NCBI GenBank assembly: GCA_050084985.1
Contig: JBITNC010000001.1
Span: 127,410,001-127,474,000 of the forward strand
DNA: 64,000 nt
Origin: Nageia nagi
Taxonomy: Eukaryota > Plantae > Pinophyta
Direction of reading: 5' to 3'
Translations under genes and position numbers: made by a program
The notes under the pieces: generated by a model
What the model was told of the DNA's origin: nothing
The model's database searches: none
What the model saw: only the letters and a program-made list of their open reading frames with translations
Part shown: positions 53,001 to 64,000 of the stretch, one piece after another
Position numbering within the stretch: the first letter of the stretch is position 1
Layout: every line of letters begins with the position of its first letter

Positions 53001-53958
53001 GGATGATCTTCTCATAACTGGCAATAATATTGAAATCATCCAAGAGTGCATATCCAAACTGAAGGCAACATTTGAAATGACTGATCTAGGTCTATTGCAT
53101 TACTATCTTGGGATGCAAGTATACCAACACAAAGATTGTACTTATCTTAGTCAATCTAAGTATATATCAGACATCTTGCAAAAGTTTGGAATGGAGGACT
53201 ATAGATATGCTGCAATACCTGTTTCTCCTGGAATCGTTGTATCTCTGAGCTCAGATTCTCAGTTGGCTGATGCTACAGCTTATAGGCAATTGATCGGTAG
53301 TCTTCTGTATCTAACTATCTCTCGACCTGATATTGCCTTTGCAGTGAATCTGATGGCACGATTCATGCAAAAACCATATGTTGAACACCTCAATGCTGTT
53401 AAGCAAATCTTGAGGTATGTGTCAGGGACAAAGGATCTTGCTCTTAAGTATTCCAAAGTGCCCTCGATTGTTCTCTCAGGGTTCTCAGATTCTGATTATG
53501 GGGGTGATAGAGATGACAGAAAGTCAACCTCTGCTTATGTGTTTAGCATTGGTTCAGGTGCTATCTCTTGGGCTTCCAAGAAGCAACCTACTGTGACTCT
53601 TTCTACCACCGAAGCTGAATATCGAGCCATGTCTATTGCCGCCCAAGACGCTATTTGGCTGAGGAATCTTCTGAACGAAATTGGGTATAAGCAAAATGGC
53701 CCATCTCTTATTTCGTCAGACAATCAATCGGCTATCTCTTTGGCTAAGAATCCTGTGTTCCATCAGAGAACCAAACATGTGGAAATCCAAGCCTATTTTA
53801 TCAGGGAGAAGGTTCTAGATGACATCATACACTTGCAGTATTGTCCATCTACTAAAAACTCCGCTGATTTGTTCACCAAGCCCCTTTCTGAAGCTCAGTT
53901 CAGCAAGCTTAGGGATTCTCTCGGGTTGAAGTTGCCCTCAAGGGGGAGTGAAGTTTGA
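50044..53958 (+). CDS. Copia Gag-Pol polyprotein (gag, CCHC knuckle, protease, integrase, RT, RNase H)
   Basis: Uninterrupted ORF with CNFCGIFGHKEYDC, WIVDSGCTNHM, WHQRLGH, LVHSDL, RSDNG, QLDVKSAFLNG, LYVDDL, EAEY and ADLFTK in copia order; first true ATG at 50044. Confidence 0.96.
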   Translation: MVETFFPKHILDGSNFGIWEPRMKAELQARKLWQTVIEDLVAPTDEKALEVYNSKNELATSMIYRVVSDDVLLMITSSTSAKEAWDRLKKIYLGSKFSRRFTILQKLLQYRQGEDESASIYLNKIIDLRTQLVGCGCNWINDEFMVFIILQSLTTKFSNFVTVMETRLDDEEDVISLDNLSRLLLKHEETLNKKMLNLSPKDNSIALGATKTPFKKKFKHYKFKDNKSSSTFRKYEKKGNNNGNFRQRNDKAGSSNPTPQEKFDGNCNFCGIFGHKEYDCRKKKFAQKGKGNANVRNFNNRKKNKHTATVAYYSMTQTVSNNWIVDSGCTNHMCYEKDKFENFYKYKKDAVVIGDNTVLDVQGIGSVKIHRKTLDNIFYVPKLRMNLISVIQITRKGYSFEFTSHSWCVKKGIATLMKGSVKDDLYIVDQVPSKICLAANVCSKGNLWHQRLGHLNHKSIQDMKTQELVEGLPNISPTIGLCERCILGKMNRQKFEKDKATRATRPLQLVHSDLMGPFQTKSLGGASYVLTFIDDFSRMTFGYLLEHKDQTFDRFKDFKALVENQTDFKIKMLRSDNGCEYNSNEFNDYCVKHGIKRQFTIPYTPQQNGVAKRKNRTIMEMARCMLGNLPSFLWGEAVHTAIHTLNRCPTKAVEGKTPYEAWKGKKPNLSNFRIFGCDAFAFITSEKRKKLDKRSEKCIFVGYDNQHRGYRLYSSSHKTVFVSRDVKFNELFEDTTSHAEVSDSDDSLLAPHWLDDHVEKSPQEKNSPAQRITRNMTLNNSLFAKIDNTHEPSTFKEASKQECWMEAMKVEYEALMKNETWDLVPYPNEKNVIGNKWIYKVKYNSDGKIEKYKARLVAKGFAQKYGIDYEETFAPVAKMPTVRIILALSAAQGWKAFQLDVKSAFLNGDLDVEIYMNQPEGFIPEGKESLVCKLKKSLYGLKQAPRAWYKKILGFFADIGFSKCFSDLDLYVLNQGKGVVLILLYVDDLLITGNNIEIIQECISKLKATFEMTDLGLLHYYLGMQVYQHKDCTYLSQSKYISDILQKFGMEDYRYAAIPVSPGIVVSLSSDSQLADATAYRQLIGSLLYLTISRPDIAFAVNLMARFMQKPYVEHLNAVKQILRYVSGTKDLALKYSKVPSIVLSGFSDSDYGGDRDDRKSTSAYVFSIGSGAISWASKKQPTVTLSTTEAEYRAMSIAAQDAIWLRNLLNEIGYKQNGPSLISSDNQSAISLAKNPVFHQRTKHVEIQAYFIREKVLDDIIHLQYCPSTKNSADLFTKPLSEAQFSKLRDSLGLKLPSRGSEV

Positions 53959-54010
53959 ACTTTTGTTAGTGATGACAACTTCACCTCTAAGAGGCCTTTT
54001 TGATTTTACA

Positions 54011-54393
54011 TTCTATACCTCCGTGGTAAGTTTGCTCTGCGTGACAAACTTGTTGTACAATTGTTGTTATAGAGTGTTGATTATTTTATACCTCCGTGGT
54101 AAGTTTGCTCTGCGTGACAAACTTGTTGTACATTCTATACCTCCGTGGTAAGTTTGCTCTGCGTGACAAACTTGTTGTACATTTTTATACCTCCGTGGTA
54201 AGTTTGCTTTGCGTGACAAACTTGTTGTACATTTTATACCTCCGTGGTAAGTTTGCTCTGCGTGAGAAACTTGTACAATTTTTGAGCATATAATTAATAT
54301 ACCTCCGTGGTAAGTTTGCTTTGCGTGAGGAACTTGTTGTACATTCTATACCTCCGTGGTGAGTTTGCTCTGCATGGGAAACTCGTTGTACAA
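54011..54393 (+). repeat. ~49-bp tandem array x7 in the copia 3' UTR
   Basis: TATACCTCCGTGGTAAGTTTGCTCTGCGTGACAAACTTGTTGTAC starting at 54014, 54087, 54136, 54186, 54235, 54298 and 54347. Confidence 0.93.
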
Positions 54394-54867
54394 TTTTTAT
54401 GCTCTATTAAAAATCAACACATGTCTATATACAACAGGTGACTATGAGTGATGGCTTAGCATCTCCGTGATGACTTATAGTGCACCATTGATCAGTTATT
54501 TATAAGATGGCATTATTTGATTCTTTTATTTGAATATATGATGCATCTAACTGATTTTGTTCATGAGTTGCTTGTAGCATGCAAGATCTTCTTCAGAAAT
54601 GCAGGTTACCTTGTGTAAGCAAGCTCATGGAGACTCACATGTCAGCTTAAAGTTGATCGACTACTATGTACAGTGAAACCAGTTGTGGTTAATGATTGTA
54701 TTGTAAACCATTTTTTATCAAATGGTAATGTAGTGAGTCTCATACTAGTTCTCAAAAAGATTCTCAAATATGTAAATGTTCTTATCTCCACTTGTATCTC
54801 TATGGAGGAGAACGCTCTCTTACTCTCTCTCTCTTCTTTCTTCTACGCTCTATCCCAATATTGCATT

Positions 54868-54876
54868 AAGGGGGAG
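54868..54876 (+). promoter_or_regulatory. Polypurine tract
   Basis: AAGGGGGAG abutting the 3' LTR. Confidence 0.9.
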
Positions 54877-55341
54877 TGTTAGAATTTGTAATGAAATATT
54901 GTGAATATCTAAACTCCTTGTAAATTCAATTAATCACTTAAAGGGTATGTAGATACCTTAAGGGATTAATTGAATTCTTTAATATGTAGACTTTGACTTT
55001 ACCAAGTGGTTAGTTGGTAGGTTAAAGTTAGGTGATACATTTATTGTAACCCTAACCTTATCTTTGGGTTAAAGGGAGGTTAGGGAGGTGCTCTCAAGCT
55101 ATAAATAGAGGGCCTCTCCTCTTGTAACATAACTAAGTTTTTGGAGTAAGATTACTCTACTAGTTGTGTAGGAGAGGAAGAGAATAGTTGTAAGAGGGGC
55201 ATACTTGAGAATTGAGATACTAGTTGTGGATGTATTCCCAAGGAGGGAGGAACCACATTACACTTGTGTTATCTTGTGTATGATTGAGTTTCCTAGTCTT
55301 AGGTCCTTGAGGATTTGTTTAGATCTAGTCTAAATCCTTCA
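54877..55341 (+). repeat. Copia 3' LTR (465 bp)
   Basis: Direct repeat of 46595-47077, preceded by the PPT. Confidence 0.96.
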
Positions 55342-55346
55342 GAAAT

Positions 55347-58300
55347 GAACCCTGGACCATTGTCACACACCAAATTGTAAGGGATGTCAAATTTGGTGAT
55401 GATGAACTCCTCAAGGAAGTCTATGATGACCTCAGAGGTGGCGTTTTTGCATGCTTTGGCTTCAGTCCATTTGGTGCAATAATCAGTGGCGGTGAGAATA
55501 AATTGGTGTTTGCTAGAGGAGTTGGGATGTATAACCCCAATGAAGTCTAAACCCCATTTGATGAAATGTCTGGCCTTTAGCACGGGTTGAAGGGGCAAAC
55601 TCGAGTGTTTCTCTCTTCCAGCTAAAGTTTGACAAATGTGACACTTCTTTGTGTGATTACAGGCATCTTTGAAAATGGTCGGCCAGTAAAATCCAGCTCT
55701 CGAAATCTGATGAGCTAAGACAGGACTTGGAGCATGGCCTGTTCCATTGTCTTGGTCATGAAACTGCTTCAATGTTTCTGCAGCTTGATTCTCTTCAAGG
55801 CACCTTAAGAAAATACCTTCATGATTTCTGCAAAACAGCTTGTTGGCCTTGATCATAGATTTGGCAAATCTGTATCTCAAGGCTCTTTTTTGGGCTTGAT
55901 TGTGATGATGGGGATAAAAGCCAAAAGTGAGATATCCAGTTATATATTCGTCCAAGGAGCCTTTTGAAGACATATTGACAGTCCAAGATATCAGTATCAT
56001 CTCTTGCCTCTTTCGAATCAACACAATTCCCATAGAAGACGAGTGTGAATAAAAGTCCTTGGCCTTGTACAATATTCATAGGTTGAATGGTGATGTCATA
56101 TTCTTGGAGTGCAGTCACCCAATTTCCCCGCTTTTCACCCAGCTCATGTTGGATGAGCAAATGTTTTACAGCCGCATCAAGCACAATAATAGAATATGAC
56201 TTCTAAGAATATAATGCCTGAGTTTCTTGATTGTTCGAACCAAGGCATATGCTTGTTTGTCAACAAGAGGATATCTTAAAGCGGCATCTTTCAAGGGGGC
56301 GCTCATAAATGCAATGGGCTTCTCATGATTCTCTTTTTCGATCTTCTGGGTGAGGACTTCAGCTAAGGAATGGTCAAATGCGAAGGAGTACAAATAGAAA
56401 GGGCGTTTATAATCAAGGCTAGTGAGGACAAGAGTCTTGTAAATGGCATCTTTGAGATCATGAAAAGCTTTATGCGCTTTTTCATCCCACACTATCTTGG
56501 CATCCTTTTTCAACATGTCATTGATAGGTTTATTGATTTCCGCAAATCCTGAGATGAACTTGCAAACAAAATTAATACGGCCCATGAATTACCTCAACTC
56601 CTACTTGAGGGATATGGGATTTTCTAAATGGCATCCACCCTTTCGGGATCAACAAAAATTCCATGCTCTAAGATGACATGACCCAATAGTCTCCCTTTAG
56701 AAGTGCCAAAAATGCACTTCTTGGGATTTAAGGAGATTCCAAATTTTCTGCATCTTTCAAAAACCCTCCTTAAATCCTCTGTATGAGAAGGTTTGTCTTT
56801 TGAAAATACCATCAAATCATTTAATGATAGACTTCCCGATCAATCCTTGGAAGGCAAGATCCATGGCTCGCTGAAATGTAGCACTAGCATTTATCAAGCC
56901 AAAGGGCATTCAACTGTAGGCAAACGTTCCCCACTTGGTGGTGAAAGTTGTCTTCAATCTATCTTTTTTATCAACCAAAATTTGATTGTAACTTGCATAT
57001 CTATCCAAAAAGGACATCATTTGTGAACCTTTTACAATCTGCAAGACTTCGTCCAGGGAGGGAAGTGGGTAATTATCTTTCTTGGAAGCAGCTTGGTTGA
57101 GATGTCTGAAGTCAATGCAAACTTGTATCTCTCCATTTTTCTTCCGCACAGGAACTATATTTGCAACCCAGGATGAGTGCCTAATTGGAAATATAATCTC
57201 AATTTCTGAACTTCTTGCAAAATCAAGGGCTCCAGGATGGGATTAACCACCCTTTGCTTCTGTCTAAAAGGCTTATGTTCGGTCTGAGGGGAATAGTATG
57301 AGTAATGATATTGGGAACATAAGTCTTAAGATGCTCATACCTCCATGCTGTGATATCAATGAACTCCCGTATGATGCAAATAATTTACGTTTTTTCGGTG
57401 CCAATGTAGGATTTCCCAAAGAGGATGTTCTTGGGTTCTGACTTCGTTTCCATGTTAACTGCTTTACTATCTTCAACATCAATTCGAGCAACAACTTGAT
57501 GGCATATTATATCATGATGAAACAGGCACTCGAAGGTTATGATTTCTCTAGGGATCTTATTTGTCTTCAACTAGATGACACCCTCATCTAGAATTTCTTC
57601 TGTCAAGGCTTCATTATGCTCCATACCAAAGTCGAAAGATTCTTCTTCAAGGGTTTGAGAAATGAACACCCCAAAGTTTGCCATGAAATCCTAAATTTGT
57701 CATTCATCTTGGAATACTTGAAGATGGGCAATGTTGTCAGGGATGGAAGGCACTGGGACTAGCTCAACAGTGAACTTCCGCAAATGAGAATTCTCCAAGG
57801 GTTGGAGTGTACTTGCAGCAATGACTAGAGAATCTGCCATCGAATTCTATCTTCATGAAACAACTTGGATCTTGAACAACTCTAAGTCCCTTTGGAGGTC
57901 CCACACTCGGGTTCGGTATCTGTACAATCTTGAATCCTTGCATGAGTACACATTCTGGATCTGATTCACCACCAAATCTGAATCACCTATTATCTTCATG
58001 TACTTCACACCCTTTCGGAGAGCCAATTTCAATTCGAGGACCAGTGCTTTGTATTTAACAGAGTTGCAAGTACAAGGGAACTACAATCGAAACAAGGCCT
58101 GATACCTCTTTCCCTTAGGATTGTGCATTCGACCTTGGCTTCGCTTCCAAGATTGGATTTAGAACCATCAAACTTGAGTATCCATAATAGATCTTCGTTA
58201 GGAGGATCAGTACAAATGATTTAGGAATCGTCAACAGGAGGGGCATATGAACTCTCTCCTCTCAACAATTGGTTATGTTTATCTCTATTTTCTGATATTT

Positions 58301-60088
58301 CTTTCTCCGAGATGTCAACAATGACATCTTTCATCTCTAGTTTTTGGTTCTCGGGCCTCAAGTTCTCGGCCTTCTCAAGTCTTCCAATTGTCTTTCCGCT
58401 TCACGCATCATCCAATTGGAGATGTCCTCAGGAGGCTTAGAACCAAGAGCTTCTTGTTTCATGAGGTTCAAATCATTCGAGCAAATGCCTTTCCTCTTCA
58501 GATGATTGAGATACAAGGGGGTCTCAAGATATTCGGGATCTGGACAGGGACCACCTTGACTGGAAGCAACATCCATGATGTACACTCCCAACTCTTCTTG
58601 TGCAAAATGAACCTCGTTCAAATTGTTATACTCCATGATCATCTCCTTGAAACGGGGCTCACTATTTACTCTGATCTGATTTGGTTGTCCTTTCCATGGA
58701 AGCCACATATGGGTAAAGTCAGTAGAGATGTACCCATTAAATTTCTTCGACCAGTCCCTCCTGAGCAGGATCCCATATGAATCTGGATGTCGACCACTTG
58801 AATGTTTGTGTATTGTTGCACTCGTAGCTCGAAAGCTACTTGAATATGCATGTTAGGGAGCATCTCGATCACTTTGACTTCATATTTATCGAGTTGAGTG
58901 ACCCTCTTAGGACTAGGCATTAAAGGAAGGTCCAACTGTCGGCAAATCTTGTGGGGCCTGACATTTCTAGCTGCACCAGAGTCTACCATGCAATTATGCA
59001 GGTTTCTACCTGCAATTTGTGGTGTTAAAAGGAATGGTGGTGACTCCTTCCCTTTGTCCTTGTGTAGGGTCAAAGCTTTCGCCTTGATTGGCTTGGATGC
59101 TTTAGTGACCTTCGGCACCCATTTTTGTTTGGTATTGGAGGCAAACTTGTTCAACTCCTTTTTGATAGGCTCATACTGTTTATCCATCTGGATAACATCG
59201 TACATCGAATCTCCAGACTTGGTCTTTTTTAGTTCTTCCATGAGGTCATAAGACGAGGAGTGGGAGCCTTCTTACATTATCTTCTCTTCATGGGACTGCT
59301 CTTGTGATGATGGCTCTGCTCTTGCAGGTACCTTCGTTGTTGGAATAGTGGAAGAGGAAGATGCCTCCCCTCGGCGGACATAGACATGCTTGAACTATGG
59401 CGCCAGGTGAACGGGAGGTGGAGGATTCACTGGGGAAATCGAATTTGGAGGAGTGAATAAGTTGTTCGAAGGCGTGGATGTGGTGATCGGGGACTTCTCC
59501 TTTCTTTGAAGATTGTAAGCAGGCTGGACTGGTATCGTCTGTGCAACATATAATTCTTCATTAGTGGACAATATGGAAGGACTTTCTGCCTCAGCGAAGA
59601 GTTGTTGTGTAGCATATACTTCATCATCTGAAACAGATGTCTCTGCATCGACCCTAGCATCAGCCATCTGAGTAAGCATGACTTGATCAGGTTGATGGGC
59701 AGGAAGATCATCTACAGGGACAATCTCCATATTTTGTATCTCTTGATAAAACATGTTCAAGGCCGTCTTGAACTCAGGACAATTTGTTTCATTATGTGCT
59801 GCTGTGGAATGTATTATGCACCAATTCGGGATTGGCACAATAGGGATGTCAGCATTGTGAACTTGATTATCATTACTTGCATGGTTGACAACTGGATTGG
59901 GTACTTCATCATTATTTGCCGCCATGTTCCAGGGCCTGTTGGGCCTTTGAAAAGCATAGGTTCTAGACCTATCGTTCTAAACATAATGGCTTTGAGCATC
60001 TTGGTTCCTCTTAATCTGGGTGATGTTGTTGCTCATCCTTTGTACCAATCTTTCCAAATTTGCCATCGCTTCATCCTTACTGTGGTCA
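55347..60088 (-). pseudogene. Gypsy gag (part), protease, extra RNase H, RT, RNase H and N-terminal integrase
   Basis: WCIIHSTAAHNETNC, LHNCMVDSGAARNV, WILKFDGSKS (~58190), CIDFRHLN, SFLDRYASYNQI, KWGLDFIG, VCDNG; many stops and frameshifts. Confidence 0.92.
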
Positions 60089-61399
60089 CTCCTAGATTTT
60101 TGAGTACCATGTACAATAAGTTGGACTTTGGATGGTACTCAAAACAGGACATCCATCGATTTTGGTTGAATAGCCTCAATTTGTTATATTGCTAGTCTCA
60201 TGTAACTTCTCTTGTTCCTAAATAAATTAATCACGTATTAGAGGTCACTAGTCAAACTTTATATGATAAAGAGGGGCAAAATGATATTAACACGAAGAAG
60301 GGTTGAAAGGGATGTCTAAGAAGGCAAATTAACTATGGGTTTCAAAACTTTGAAGCACAGAAATTTAATTAAAAGGAAAGTAATGTGCCTTCACTTGGAA
60401 AATAATAAGACACTCAACAAGTCAGGGATTTGGAGATGTCTCCTTTCCTGGAAAAGCCAAAAAATAAAAATACAGTTCTACAAAGACTCTCCCAAGGGCT
60501 CGTTTGGAAGAAATGTTAAGAGTGTGATGCAAGTTTTCTGTAGTTTTGATTTAAGATCTTATTCCTACATCTGAGGTGAGGTTACAATGATGTAGGGATG
60601 GCAGTTATTATTCAGATTTTCTGGACATTTTCAGTTTTGACTGCTGTACTAGATTGAGAGGAAGAGATAATTTAAGTTGTTTTGTTTTAGATCATGTGTA
60701 CTTTCCAGATCTATATCCACACCACCATTGCTTATTAATAAGTGTTGTACATTTCACAGGTTGATAGGCTCTTAAGCATGCCATCTATTTTTTAATTACT
60801 CAACTACCTTTGTAATTATTCACTCACCGCCATGTTAGTTAGATGTTTCATATGTGGTAAGTGATTCTGGCAATTTTCACCTATGAATGTAATATACTTC
60901 TGTACAATGATGATCATCCCTTAGTACATGCACACTGTAAAGATCATTCCCAGGTTGCCCTTCCCCTTAAGCATGCACTTAGGTATTGTTTGTCCATTTC
61001 CAGTTTTCCATAATAAGGGAGTTTCTTTTTTGTTTTCAGGTTTGAAATTTGTTTTTTGGTCAAATTTCTACCAAAAACTCAACTTGGAACAAAGTTTGAA
61101 CATGAACATTTAGTTTGAAGTTAACTTGCAACAAAGAAGTTCGAAAGGACTAGCAAAGAATTGAGGCTCTTGAGGACTACAAATGAAAATACGGCATGAA
61201 ATGATGATTCAAGAGGCGGGACAGAAGCCATCTCAACTTGAATTGGAAAGGTATCTTTATCCAATCTCGGTTTGGAGTAAAATACCAACTTAATGCCAAT
61301 AGCTGAAATAAAATTAAAATATAGACAAATTTGGACAATTGAAGTACAATCTTTTGCAAATATTTTATGTAAGGAAGTGTTCTGGCCCTTCAAATGGTC

Positions 61400-62080
61400 A
61401 CACAATTGAGAAAAACAGGAAGTATATGCAAGAAATTGATATTGTGGAATTCAATGAGAGGGATAAAGGTACTGCCTTCATGTCTTGGTTGAGATGTATG
61501 GATATGTATTTTGAAGGATTTGGGCTAGTAAAGGAAAGTGAAGAAATGGCAGGATCATATTTTCTCTAATAGGATTTGGTAAAGAATGGTGTAAAACATA
61601 CAAACTAGCCTGAAAACAAGAACTTGCTGCCCTATTGGTGCTTGGAAGGATTTAAGAGAGATGTTCATTTGAAGGTTTACTCCAGAGAATGGTCAAAAGC
61701 TTCAATTAATGGATTCAAATGAGGCAAATTGTAGCAGTAGAGGGGTCATTCGTGATCTGTCTTACCAAAATGCAAGAAGAAACCAAATGATATGCGTGTA
61801 GATGGTTTTAAGCCTTACATTCGTGATGCAGTTCTTGTTTGGTCAGACTCCATAGAGAAGGGTTTCTATAGCTCTCAAAACTGATATTGCTAAAGATGTA
61901 ACAAATAGGAGCAATCCTTTTCAACAAGATAAGAAACATAAAGGGTTAAATATTGCTTTTGTAGAATCTTCTAATAGTGATACATTTTCTTTTAAGAATT
62001 CCAGCAAAGGTTCTTCGAAGAATTCTGATTGTAAAATGAAAGGAGTATCAAATAGATGCTATGAATGTGAAGGACCATCC
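61400..62080 (+). pseudogene. Highly decayed gypsy gag relic (CRM-like)
   Basis: DIVEFN....FMSWL..MDMYF resembles gag EIPEFxG..FLDWL; RCYECEG resembles a knuckle start. Confidence 0.4.
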
Positions 62081-64000
62081 TAAATTGCAATGAAATTTCA
62101 GATCAACAAGCCAAAGAATGTCTCAAGAATGTTTAAGTTGATCAAATCCTCCAAATCATTTTGATGGACTATGACCAAAAGTGACATTAATGTTATTGGG
62201 AGATAAAAACATAGGAAAGAAGATTTTTCAAAAGTTAAATATATACTCCTTTGGGAAAATCATAAATCATTTTTCATTGGGGGTGAAATCAATTGGGTGT
62301 AAACATGCATTTTGGTTGATTCAAGATGTACTTTTTATTTTCATTCAAAGACCTTTCCTGAAAGAACAGCAATTCAAAAGACTCGTATGTTTATGATGTG
62401 GAACTAACAAATAATCAAGACATCCAATATTGGAGTACAATTGCTCTGATTTTCCTACTGATGATTTAGATGGATTTTATATGTGAAGTGTTTGTATTAC
62501 TTTGAAACATATATTGTGTATGATGATTACACAACTGATAAATAACAACTTCACAACTACCAAATCACCCTAACCACAAACCTAACTCATAACTGTTCAA
62601 TCACCTAACCATTCTAACCACATAATTGTTGGGTCCTTGCATTATTTAATATCTATTCCGGTTCAAGTTTATAATGATCATTTATGAAAGTTGAAGCTAT
62701 AATGCTATATTGGGATACAAATAGATTTCATGTTGTTATATCCTAGGGATCATGTCCTTGATTTTAGAGAGGAAAAAAATAACTAAATTGTTGGAGATAA
62801 AAGATAAATTTTCCTGTAATTTCTGTTCTGCAACTTTGGCATGAATGCTTTATTGTTCTCATTAAGAATAGTGAGCAAAATCAAGAAGCTCTGTAAGATT
62901 ATGTACTGTGTCAACCTTTATGTCAGAAGTTTCATGGTGTATATCCTGATGATCTATCAACAACTTCAAAATAAAGTATCGCCATATATATATATAACGT
63001 GGAATAAGGTCTCCCAAAGGATAAGATTTACAATCATTTGATATCCCTGATTATATTCTAAATTAATGTTTATAAATAAAGCCTTGTTTAATTTAATATT
63101 TATTTCCTTGGAAAACTAGAGCTGAAATATTATATTCACTACCAGAGCGTGGTTTATATTATATCATAGGTACAAAGAAGGCCATTTGATATATTGAAGT
63201 GCCATAACAAATGCATCTTCGGTATTGCATAATTTGACTTGCTAAAATGGTACCTTGAATTTTAGAATGATTCATGTTGCTTAGGAGATCCATTTAATCT
63301 GTTTTAATGTGAACATTGATTGATAAATTGGGAATACATGATTATCATTTTCATGTATTCAATTGAGTTCCTTTCATTTCAATTCCTTATAGGGCCTTGT
63401 GCAGCAACTGCAAAGATATTTGTCCTGTTCTTGATTTGTCTGATATCTAGGTCTAAATTATAATTTACCTGCTGTATGGTTTACAGTAGGCTGTCATTAT
63501 ATAGCTTTTGTCCGAGATGCAATGACTTTGGTATAATTTATCATGTCCAAGGGCGGCAATAGAACACTACATAGAAAGGGACTAACACTAGCAAAAAAAA
63601 TCACTTCTTTCTCTTCAAGAATATTGATGTTATAATAAATCTTGAAAAATCTGGACTGATCAAATATTGGAAATTTTTATATGGAAGTAAATATGGGTGT
63701 GTAGCAGTTATATCTAGATTGCGTGTTTTGACCAGGAGAGTAGTTACCTGTCCTCTGATATAGATTGCAGGGATGCAAATGAGAAATGTGACCGAAAGAC
63801 TAAGGTGTAAGATAGGGATATCAAATATCATCAAAGTTAGGCGTTCCTTTATTAAAGTTGACAAACTCAGAGAGATGGGTTCTTTTATCCAGTTCTTACA
63901 AACTAGGTTTATCTTCCCTTCCGAAAGATAAGAGAGATGAATAGTTCCTACTTTTCTGTTTTCTCTTTACTGGTGATTATTTTTGCTTGTCAGCAAAAAA

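Larger units (their letters stand above)
46595..55341 (+). mobile_element. Full-length Ty1/copia LTR retrotransposon
   Basis: Paired TG...CA LTRs, PBS, PPT, single gag-pol ORF, 5-bp TSD GAAAT (46590-46594 and 55342-55346). Confidence 0.97.
40274..60088 (-). mobile_element. Degenerate Ty3/gypsy Tat-type element (gag-PR-aRH-RT-RH-INT-extra ORF-partial 3' LTR), interrupted by the copia insertion
   Basis: Colinear - strand ORF fragments; LTR end ...GAAAGAAAAACATACCAACA at 40274 resembles the LTR ends at 29000 and 35746. Confidence 0.88.
37171..64000 (+). other. SEC11: SEC11 intron (at least 26.8 kb, runs off the window)
   Basis: GT donor at 37171; I did not find the expected next exon (VHER...LTKGD) by eye. 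Confidence 0.65.

Noticed and set aside
54011-54393. CRISPR-like array next to a reverse transcriptase
   Set aside because: Units are mostly head-to-tail without unique regular spacers, there are no cas genes, and the context is a eukaryotic retrotransposon UTR
60750-60800. Candidate next SEC11 exon after catttcacag
   Set aside because: Translates VDRLLSMPSIF-stop, not the expected VHER...LTKG
63600-63960. LINE ORF1 relic
   Set aside because: Too decayed to support a call by eye

Overview
AT-rich plant nuclear DNA, most likely a gymnosperm/conifer (inference from intron sizes and retrotransposon types). The whole window lies inside one + strand host gene, a SEC11 signal peptidase complex catalytic subunit. 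Only three short internal exons are visible (2448-2560, 3669-3740, 37135-37170), separated by introns of 1.1 kb, 33.4 kb and at least 26.8 kb. The introns are filled with nested transposons. (1) A young full-length Ty1/copia element (46595-55341; GAAAT target-site duplication, intact gag-pol ORF) is inserted into the integrase of a - strand Ty3/gypsy element. (2) Degenerate Tat-type gypsy elements have the domain order PR-aRH-RT-RH-INT and carry a conserved ~3 kb extra ORF. (3) The remainder is copia, hAT and LINE relics and several tandem arrays. The most notable signals are: three diverged copies of the gypsy extra ORF, each with a 3' splice acceptor 6-7 nt before its ATG; a putative 2.8 kb leader intron in the copia element carrying captured PPR-gene fragments and a stem-loop cluster; hairpins enclosing purine tracts at ORF ends; and a TSD-flanked gypsy element whose 5' end lies inside gag. 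All alignments and counts were done by eye.
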